Source: Clostridiales bacterium UBA1777 (GTDB lineage Bacteria > Bacillota > Clostridia > Oscillospirales > Oscillospiraceae). From it: 43,638 nt of DNA. The stretch covers positions 1-43,638 of the forward strand of contig DCGN01000105.1 in assembly GCA_002315275.1 (NCBI GenBank), read 5' to 3'. Position 1 is the stretch's first letter; every line of letters starts with the position of its first letter. The position numbers and the translations under genes were made by a program. Below are positions 24,865 through 32,110 of this stretch, in pieces. The notes beneath the pieces are model-generated. The model was not told the origin of the DNA. It was given only the letters and a program-made list of their open reading frames with translations, and did no database searches.

Positions 24865-25968
24865 ATGTTTGAAAAACTGACTGAAGAACTTAACAGCTAT
24901 ATTAAGGCCGGCGTTCCGGGAGTGGATTGCATAGTTTACAAGGATGGCAAGTGCATATACCGCTATTTCACCGGCGTGAGCGATATAGAAACCCAAACCC
25001 CGATGTGTGGCAATGAGCGGTACAACATATATTCATGTTCAAAAATTATAACCGCGACTGCGGCACTTCAGCTTTATGAAGAGTGTAGGCTGGATCTTGA
25101 TGACCTTCTGTCAAAATATCTGCCGGAATATGAACACATGACAGTTCGCACCGAAAACGGGATAGTTCCCGCAGAGAGACAGATTACCATACGTGACCTT
25201 CTCTGTATGCGTGCCGGATTCAGCTATGATTTTGAGCTTCCCATGGTCAAAAAATGCTTAGCCGATACGGACGGCCTTTGCGACAACAGAGAATTTGCAC
25301 GTTATATGGCAAATGAACCGCTGCTTTTTCAACCCGGCGAAAGATTCATGTACAGCATATGCCATGATATTTTGGCCGCGGCTCTTGAAATTGCAAGCGG
25401 GGAGAGCTTTGCGGAATATGTAAAGAAGCATATTTTTGAACCTATCGGAATGAATGATTCCACCTTCCTTCTACCGGAGAGTGAGCTTGACAGCATCTGC
25501 TCGCAGTATGAGTACTTTCCCGAAAGCGGAGAGCTCAGAAATGCGACAAAGAGAATATGGGCGCAGAACGGGAAAAACCGTGCAAGCGGCGGAGGCGGAT
25601 GCGTCTCGACGGTGGACGATTACATCAAATTCCTTGAAGCCCTTCGAATTGGCAATGTAATTCTGAAAAAAGAGACTACAGAGCTCATGACGACAAATCA
25701 GCTTAATGACCGCCAACTCAAGAGCGCTCATGAGAATCTGTACTCTCTCGGACATTACGGCTACGGCTACGGCCTCGGCGTGAGATGCCCTATGGGTGAC
25801 GGAAGACAGACTGACTTCGGATGGAACGGAACGGCGGGTACATACGCAGCTGTTGACATGAAAAGAAATATGACGCTTTTTTATGCTCAGCATGTGCTGA
25901 ATAATCCTGTTCAGAAGAGAAGATTGGAAATTCTCCCCATCGCACAGGACGCGATTGACAAAATGTAA
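24865..25968 (+). CDS. Beta-lactamase-fold serine hydrolase, copy 2
   Basis: Start at ATG 24865 (MFEKLTEEL) with the RBS GGGAGAAG. This gives 367 aa, exactly the length of copy 1 (7709-8812), and roughly 55% identity by eye. SxxK in YSCSKIITA. Confidence 0.8.
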   Translation: MFEKLTEELNSYIKAGVPGVDCIVYKDGKCIYRYFTGVSDIETQTPMCGNERYNIYSCSKIITATAALQLYEECRLDLDDLLSKYLPEYEHMTVRTENGIVPAERQITIRDLLCMRAGFSYDFELPMVKKCLADTDGLCDNREFARYMANEPLLFQPGERFMYSICHDILAAALEIASGESFAEYVKKHIFEPIGMNDSTFLLPESELDSICSQYEYFPESGELRNATKRIWAQNGKNRASGGGGCVSTVDDYIKFLEALRIGNVILKKETTELMTTNQLNDRQLKSAHENLYSLGHYGYGYGLGVRCPMGDGRQTDFGWNGTAGTYAAVDMKRNMTLFYAQHVLNNPVQKRRLEILPIAQDAIDKM

Positions 25969-26073
25969 GCGATTTTAACGTCTTATTGCACAAAAAACAG
26001 GTACAAAAACTATCGATAATGCCAATTGTTTTTGACAAAACGCAATATTACAAGAAAAAACGGCATAGACTAA

Positions 26074-26102
26074 TTCAAAAAACGTTCAAAATTCGGTACA
26101 AT
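26074..26102 (+). promoter_or_regulatory. Candidate promoter of the ABC-transporter operon
   Basis: TTCAAA (26074-26079), a 17-nt spacer, then TACAAT (26097-26102), within a 182-bp AT-rich intergenic region. Confidence 0.35.
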
Positions 26103-26112
26103 TTGAACACAA

Positions 26113-26126
26113 GGCATAACTATGCC
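26113..26126. promoter_or_regulatory. Perfect dyad GGCATA-AC-TATGCC just downstream of the candidate promoter
   Basis: 6-bp perfect inverted arms with a 2-nt spacer, too tight for an RNA hairpin. An extra GGCATA half-site lies at 26062-26067, 51 bp upstream. Confidence 0.3.
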
Positions 26127-26150
26127 ACAAATTATTATGGAGGAAACAAA

Positions 26151-27470
26151 ATGAAAAAACTGCTTGCACTCGTTCTTGCACTTGCAATGGTTTTCGCTCT
26201 CTGCGCATGCGGCGCAAAGACCGAAGAGCCCGCTGCAAAGGAAGAGCCCGCAGCTGAGACTCCCGCAGAAGCTCCTGCAGCCGAGCCCGCAGCTGACGGC
26301 ACCCATCCCGAAGTAACCGGAAAGATCACGGTTGCTCAGCACCGCACCGACCTCGAGGCCGAGTTCGATGCTCTTATCGCCGCTTTCAACGAGATCTACC
26401 CCAATGTTGAGGTTACCGTTGAGACCGTTGCTGACTACGCAAAGACCATGGCCGTCCGTATCGCCGGCGGCGAGACCCCCGATGTTGTTGAGGTTCGTGA
26501 CACCATGATCCCCGCAGCAAGCTGGGCTGACTACTTTGGATCCCTCGAGGATTGCGATCTCCCCGAGATGCTCTTCACCGATTACTACACTGTTGACGGC
26601 GTACAGTACGGCGCTTGCATGGCAGCCGGCTACCGCTGCATGGTTTACAACAAGGCTCTCTACGCTGAGGCAGGCATCGAGTCCGTTCCTACCACTTGGG
26701 ACGAGTTCATGGCCGCAATGGAGAAGCTCTCCAAGCTCGACGGCGTTATTCCTCTTACCTCCCAGTACAACACCGGCTGGACCCAGCGCGAGTGGTTTGA
26801 CTACTACGCAGCTTCCCAGCACGAGGCCGGCTGGAAGGACAGCTTTGTTGACACCGATACTCCTTTCTCCGATGAGATAGCTATCCGCTGCGCTGACCAG
26901 TACAAGCAGGTCATCGAGGCAGGTTATGTTGAAGAGGACCTCATGTCCTCCGACTGGGACCTTCAGTCTGCTGACTTCGCTGCCGGCACCATCGGCACCT
27001 ACATGGGCGGCAACTACATCTACGCTACCATGCTCGGACTGGGCATGAGCGCTGATGACATCGGCTTCTACGCATTCCCCGACTCCGAGTTCAACGGCGG
27101 CAAGTGCACCCTTTCCGCAGCTGTTGACTGGGCATGGGGCATGAGCAAGGAAGTCGTCGGCACTGAGAACTACGAGGCAGCCTGCGCTCTCGTTAAGTTC
27201 CTTGCTGAGAACTATGCTAATTACACCAACCAGATCACCTGCGTCAAGGGCGTTGAGTGCTCCATCCCTGCAATCAACGAGATGCTCGCAACTGATCCTA
27301 TCATCATCACCGAGTCCAGAGTCAGCGAAGACTTTGCTGCTATCAACAGCGTCGCCGCTATCAACTTCGGTACCTACATCCAGCAGTACGTTATCGCTGA
27401 CGATTCCTCCAAGGTCGTTGACGAGTACAACGCAACTTGGGCAGCTGCACGCGCAGAGGTCAAGGGCTAA
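26151..27470 (+). CDS. ABC transporter extracellular solute-binding lipoprotein (CUT1 sugar family)
   Basis: Start at ATG 26151 (MKKLLALVLALAMVFALCACG), giving a signal peptide plus lipobox Cys followed by a low-complexity linker (EEPAAKEEPAAETPAEAPAAEPAA). RBS GGAGGAA. The track's upstream extension is non-coding. Confidence 0.88.
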   Translation: MKKLLALVLALAMVFALCACGAKTEEPAAKEEPAAETPAEAPAAEPAADGTHPEVTGKITVAQHRTDLEAEFDALIAAFNEIYPNVEVTVETVADYAKTMAVRIAGGETPDVVEVRDTMIPAASWADYFGSLEDCDLPEMLFTDYYTVDGVQYGACMAAGYRCMVYNKALYAEAGIESVPTTWDEFMAAMEKLSKLDGVIPLTSQYNTGWTQREWFDYYAASQHEAGWKDSFVDTDTPFSDEIAIRCADQYKQVIEAGYVEEDLMSSDWDLQSADFAAGTIGTYMGGNYIYATMLGLGMSADDIGFYAFPDSEFNGGKCTLSAAVDWAWGMSKEVVGTENYEAACALVKFLAENYANYTNQITCVKGVECSIPAINEMLATDPIIITESRVSEDFAAINSVAAINFGTYIQQYVIADDSSKVVDEYNATWAAARAEVKG

Positions 27471-27508
27471 TCTCTGAGTCCTGAAAGATTTTATCTTTTA
27501 GATCCGGA

Positions 27509-27540
27509 GGGGGAAATGGTTCCATTTCCCCCTTTTCTTT
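27509..27540 (+). terminator. Intra-operon hairpin / partial terminator between the binding-protein and permease genes
   Basis: 11-bp perfect stem gggggaaatgg / ccatttccccc with a 2-nt loop, followed by ttttctttt. Confidence 0.7.
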
Positions 27541-27594
27541 TGAAAGCACGCATCTATTCATCCTGTGCTTAGGCGCATAAGAGAGGGAATACCT

Positions 27595-28491
27595 ATGCAT
27601 GAAACCATAACGACAAAGCAGAAGGAGAAAATCAAGACGAGACTGTTTATCACGGCTTTCGTTCTTGTTCCCGTAACGCTTCTTCTGGTATTTACATACT
27701 ACCCCGCCGTCAAGCTCGTATATTACAGCTTCTCAAATTATGACGGACTTGCCAAGACCCCAGAAATGGTCGGTCTTTATAACTGGAAAAAGCTCATTTC
27801 TTCCAAAGAGCTTTGGTCCACCCTGTTCAACAGCTTCTATTACATCGTAGGCGGCTGCGTTCAGAACGCACTCGCTCTCATGCTTGCCATCTTCCTTAAC
27901 GACAAGATGGTCAAGGGCCGCAAGTTCTTCCGCGGCGTTATCTTCCTCCCGTTCATTCTTAACGGCACATCCGTATCCTTCATGTTCCGTTATTTCTATA
28001 ATTTTACCAAGGGCCCCATCAATATCGCTCTCAAGGCTATCGGCCTGCAGGCGATTTCATGGCTCGGTACGGAGTCCCTCGTCAACTGGTCTCTCGCATT
28101 TGTCTGCCTGTGGAGATACACCGGCTACATCATGGTCATCTACCTTGCTGCTCTGCAGTCCGTCCCGGGCGAGTACTATGAGGCGGCAACGATTGACGGT
28201 GCAAACGGCTGGCAGAAGCTCTGCCACGTCACGCTTCCCCAGATCAAGACCATTATCGGCCTTCAGATGTTCCTCAATATCTCCGGCGCTGTCAACGTGT
28301 TCGACGTTCCGTTCGTCATCACTCACGGCGGCCCGAACAACTCCTCTATGACTCTTGCAATCCAGGCTATAGATTACGCGTTCACATACTTCAACTACGG
28401 CCTTGCTTCGGCTTACAGTATATTCTGCACAGTAGTCATTGTCGTCCTGTATGTCCTGCAAAACAAAGTGTTCTTTAGGGAGGATAAATGA
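27595..28491 (+). CDS. ABC sugar permease (MalF/UgpA-like)
   Basis: Six TM segments and the EAA loop YEAATIDGANGWQKLCHVTLP. Start ATG 27595 with the RBS GAGGGAA. Confidence 0.85.
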   Translation: MHETITTKQKEKIKTRLFITAFVLVPVTLLLVFTYYPAVKLVYYSFSNYDGLAKTPEMVGLYNWKKLISSKELWSTLFNSFYYIVGGCVQNALALMLAIFLNDKMVKGRKFFRGVIFLPFILNGTSVSFMFRYFYNFTKGPINIALKAIGLQAISWLGTESLVNWSLAFVCLWRYTGYIMVIYLAALQSVPGEYYEAATIDGANGWQKLCHVTLPQIKTIIGLQMFLNISGAVNVFDVPFVITHGGPNNSSMTLAIQAIDYAFTYFNYGLASAYSIFCTVVIVVLYVLQNKVFFREDK

Positions 28492-29333
28492 TTATGAGCT
28501 ATAAACTGAAAAAAGCCTTAGAGCTTGTCGTCAAGTACATCGTTATCCTTCTCATGTGCGCAATTATCATTCTCCCGATAGTCATATTCATCATAGCATC
28601 CTTCAAGACGAACATGGAATTCGCGAAGACAAGCCTCTTCACGCTTCCGGAATCGTTCAACCTTGACAACTATGTGCAGGTGTTTATAAGAGGCCACATG
28701 CTTATCGCCTACAAGAACACCCTGATCCTGCTCGTTGCCGGTATCACGCTGAACGTTATCTTCGGCACGATGCTCGCTTACGCGCTCGGCCGCTTCAAGT
28801 TCAAGTTCCGCGGCATCATCATTGCCATGATCATGGGCGCCCGCGTTATCCCCACGATAACCACGCAGGTCGCAACATTCACGGTCATGAAGTCCCTGCA
28901 TCTGTATGACACGCTCCTTGCGCCTATCGTTCTCTATGCCGGCACCGACGTTGTCCAGACGTTTCTTTACCTGCAGTTCGTCCAGAGCATTTCCTACGAG
29001 CTTGATGAGAGCGCAAGAATAGCCGGCGCAGGCAACTTCCGCATTTACTGGAGCATTATCCTCCCGCTGCTGAAGCCCGCTACCGTTACGGCTGTCATCC
29101 TTAAGGCTGTCAATATCTACAACGATATGACCATCCCTTACCTCTATCTTTCGAGCGACAAGAACCTCGTTATTTCGACGGCGCTGCTTCGATTTAACGG
29201 CTCAAACTACGGATCGATCATACCGGTTCTGGCCGCATCCTTCATACTCGTTATGATCCCGATGCTGCTGATGTATGTTCTCGCGCAGAATATGATATTC
29301 GACGGCATAACCGCTGGCTCCGTCAAGGGCTGA
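28488..29333 (+). CDS. ABC sugar permease (MalG/UgpE-like)
   Basis: 281 aa with the EAA loop DESARIAGAGNFRIYWSIILP. ATGA start/stop overlap with the upstream permease. Confidence 0.85.
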   Translation: MIMSYKLKKALELVVKYIVILLMCAIIILPIVIFIIASFKTNMEFAKTSLFTLPESFNLDNYVQVFIRGHMLIAYKNTLILLVAGITLNVIFGTMLAYALGRFKFKFRGIIIAMIMGARVIPTITTQVATFTVMKSLHLYDTLLAPIVLYAGTDVVQTFLYLQFVQSISYELDESARIAGAGNFRIYWSIILPLLKPATVTAVILKAVNIYNDMTIPYLYLSSDKNLVISTALLRFNGSNYGSIIPVLAASFILVMIPMLLMYVLAQNMIFDGITAGSVKG

Positions 29334-29347
29334 TAAAAACTGAATTA

Positions 29348-29378
29348 GGTGTGGAGCGCTTATGCTCCACACCTTTTT
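29348..29378 (+). terminator. Intrinsic terminator after the permease genes
   Basis: Stem ggtgtggagc / gctccacacc with a 6-nt loop, followed by ttttt. Confidence 0.75.
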
Positions 29379-29392
29379 AATAGGAGGAAAAC

Positions 29393-30997
29393 ATGGCACA
29401 TATCAAGGTCAGCAAGCCGGAGCTGCAGTGGCTCTTCGGCGGTATGGGATTTCACAACAGTGAGGCGACCATGTCCGGCATGATGTCGGACGAGTTTAAA
29501 AATGAGCGCGTTTTGAAGTCTCATTATGAGATTGCGCCTACCTTTACCCGCGTTTACGGCGCGTTCCCCGATTGGACGCAGGAGGCCATGGATCGCTTTG
29601 CCGATTACTATGACCTTACCTTCAGAAGGACAGACACATCTATGTACGTCGTTCCCGGCCGCATGCCCTTCCATGAGACCCATGAGGAAATGGAGGAGTT
29701 TGCGAAGAACGTTGTCGACAAGCTCGAGTATCTCTATAAGCAGCGCGACATGAAGCATATCCGCTACTTCTGCGCAACGAACGAGCTTTCCGTCGGCAAT
29801 ACCTACGCTCTCTTATCCGAGGACATGGAGAAGTTCAAGGAGTATCAGCGCCTCCTGTGGAAGGAGCTTCGCAGACGCGATATGCCCATCGGCCTCGTCG
29901 CGAGTGACGGTTCGGGCTTCCAAAACTTCTGGCAGATCGATTGGTGCAGCGAGCATATGGACGAGATAACCGATACTTACTGCGCGCATAACTACGAGAT
30001 CTGCGGCCTCAGGTATGACGACAGAAGATTTTACGATAAGGTTTATTCCGAGGTCGGCCGTGCGGTGCAGGTAGCTCTGCAGCAGCAGAAGCGGTTTCTG
30101 CTCGGCGAGTTCGGCATCCATGACGGCGGCCATTTTACCTCCAAGGTCATGAGAAACGATGTTTTTGCGGGTTACGGTGACAGACGCGGCGAGGCCGAGG
30201 CGGCGCTCATGTGCGTAGAGCAGGCTATGGCGCTTATCAACGCCGGCTCTATCGGCGGCGTTTACTGGTCGTTCTGCGACTATCCCGACCCGATGCTCCG
30301 CGACTGGAGCACCTCCCGCGAGGGACAGCTCAGATGCGAAACCGCACGCTTCTCCGGCCACGGGATTGACATCCGCTATAACAAAAACGGCTGCTTCCGC
30401 TGGGATGACGATGATAAGGATTACTCAAGCCGCCCGTTCATGTACTCCATCGGCCTGATGATCAAATACTTCAAGCGCGGCAGCCGCGTGCTCGAGTGCG
30501 AGTGCGACGACGAAAGCATCCTCTGCTGCGCCGTCAGAAATCCCGACAAAACCCACTCCCTCATACTGCTCAATCTTTCCGGCAGCGATAAGGACGCCGA
30601 GGTCGAGCTTGCGATTGATGCGGGCAAGGCCTACAGAAAATACTCCTTCAGCGTTGAAAATGTGCCCTACAGCGATTTCAACGACCTGCAGAGCTATGAC
30701 GAAAAGCTTGACACAGCCTCCGGAAGTGTTAAACTGACCATGCCTATGCACAGCATGACGCTGCTCACTACCGATTATGAGGACACCCTGCCCTCTGCCG
30801 TGACCGGCATCAAGCAGACGAAGAACGGCCTTTCATGGAAGGCCTGCACGGACGCGGAGCATATCTACTACCGCGTATTCGAAAACGGCAGGCAGATCGC
30901 ATCCACCGTTGCAGCCTCCCTCTCCGGCGAGAGGATACACGACGGGGCAAAGTATGAAGTGGTGTCCGTTAATAAATGGGGGAACTGCAGAAAATGA
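29393..30997 (+). CDS. Putative cytoplasmic glycoside hydrolase, clan GH-A-like TIM barrel plus C-terminal beta-sandwich domains, family unassigned
   Basis: 534 aa with no signal peptide. Candidate acid/base pair in CATNELSV (Asn130-Glu131, nt 29780-29785). Candidate nucleophile in FLLGEFG (Glu239, nt 30107-30109). The 108-aa spacing fits clan GH-A. RBS AGGAGGAA. Confidence 0.6.
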   Translation: MAHIKVSKPELQWLFGGMGFHNSEATMSGMMSDEFKNERVLKSHYEIAPTFTRVYGAFPDWTQEAMDRFADYYDLTFRRTDTSMYVVPGRMPFHETHEEMEEFAKNVVDKLEYLYKQRDMKHIRYFCATNELSVGNTYALLSEDMEKFKEYQRLLWKELRRRDMPIGLVASDGSGFQNFWQIDWCSEHMDEITDTYCAHNYEICGLRYDDRRFYDKVYSEVGRAVQVALQQQKRFLLGEFGIHDGGHFTSKVMRNDVFAGYGDRRGEAEAALMCVEQAMALINAGSIGGVYWSFCDYPDPMLRDWSTSREGQLRCETARFSGHGIDIRYNKNGCFRWDDDDKDYSSRPFMYSIGLMIKYFKRGSRVLECECDDESILCCAVRNPDKTHSLILLNLSGSDKDAEVELAIDAGKAYRKYSFSVENVPYSDFNDLQSYDEKLDTASGSVKLTMPMHSMTLLTTDYEDTLPSAVTGIKQTKNGLSWKACTDAEHIYYRVFENGRQIASTVAASLSGERIHDGAKYEVVSVNKWGNCRK

Positions 30998-32094
30998 AAA
31001 AGGATCTCAGCAAATATTACCGCTTAAGAAATATGAGCGCGTTCCGACGCGCCATGCTCGAGAAGAAGCACGTTACCGTCGGCTTCATCGGCGGCTCGAT
31101 AACCGATCCGCGCGGAAGAGAGCGTTGGAGCGAGTTTCTGATAAGCCGGATAGTGGCCGATTATCCCGACGTCACGGTTGACGTTGAAAATACCGCTATA
31201 GGCGCAACGGGCTCGGACTATGCCGTTTTGCGTGCCGAGCAGGATATAATCTGCCGCGGCTGCGACATCGTGTTCGTCGAGTACGCTGTCAACGACAACA
31301 AGATCGAAACACCCATCAGAAACGCAAGCCGCGAGGGTCTTATCCGTAAGCTCCTCAAGGGAACAGATGCGGACATCGTTATAACCTACACCTACTGCGC
31401 AGAGATGCTCGAGCCTATGCTCCGCGGCGAGATGGCGCAGTCTGTCGCTGAGTTTGAGGCCATTGCCGAGCATTACGGCATAAGCTCCGTTTTCATGGCG
31501 AACAACGCGCTTGACGAGTGCCTGCGCGGAACTCTCCGCTGGGAGGAGTGGCTTCCGGACGGGCTGCATCCCGCAAATACCGGCAGCAGATTCTATGCCG
31601 ACCCCGTATATGCGCTGCTCGAAAAGACGCTCGAGGATGAAAACGGCAAAGCCGCTGCGAGAGACACGGCGCCCATGTTCGCAGACAACTGGGAGCGCGA
31701 GGAGACGGTTGACCTGTCCGAGATTGAGCGCATCGGCTACTGGAGACTGTACCGCAATCTGGACAGACCGCTCGTACAGCGCGTGCTGTCCACCACCTGC
31801 GTCGGCTCACGCGCAAAGCTTGCCTTTGAGGGCACCGGACTTGTCCTCACGATAAGCTACGGCTGGATGGCCGCGGACTACCGCTGGAGACTTGACGGCG
31901 GCGAGTGGCAGATTGAAGAATACGACCGTCCGTGGTGGATGGATGACCATACTTGGCTCAAGACGAAGACGCTTGCAGCGGGGCTTGAAAGCTCAAGTCA
32001 CACGGTCGAATTCGAGGTGCTTCCGCCGAAGGCGGACGATAAGCACAAGGGCACGGCATTTGAAATTATCGCCGTCGGCATACTGAAAGATTGA
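30994..32094 (+). CDS. SGNH/GDSL-type esterase with a C-terminal ~150-aa beta-sandwich domain (carbohydrate acetylesterase-like)
   Basis: Block I FIGGSITD, block III EYAVNDN, block V PDGLHP. I place the start at ATG 30994, which forms an ATGA overlap with the upstream stop, with GGGGGAA upstream. Confidence 0.8.
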   Translation: MKKDLSKYYRLRNMSAFRRAMLEKKHVTVGFIGGSITDPRGRERWSEFLISRIVADYPDVTVDVENTAIGATGSDYAVLRAEQDIICRGCDIVFVEYAVNDNKIETPIRNASREGLIRKLLKGTDADIVITYTYCAEMLEPMLRGEMAQSVAEFEAIAEHYGISSVFMANNALDECLRGTLRWEEWLPDGLHPANTGSRFYADPVYALLEKTLEDENGKAAARDTAPMFADNWEREETVDLSEIERIGYWRLYRNLDRPLVQRVLSTTCVGSRAKLAFEGTGLVLTISYGWMAADYRWRLDGGEWQIEEYDRPWWMDDHTWLKTKTLAAGLESSSHTVEFEVLPPKADDKHKGTAFEIIAVGILKD

Positions 32095-32110
32095 TTTTTG
32101 AGAGGCAGAT

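Noticed and set aside
25986-26150. N-terminal extension of the solute-binding-protein ORF (track start 25986)
   Set aside because: The extension is AT-rich, Lys/Asn/Tyr-rich and lacks an RBS. ATG 26151 has a GGAGGAA RBS and starts a canonical lipoprotein signal peptide.
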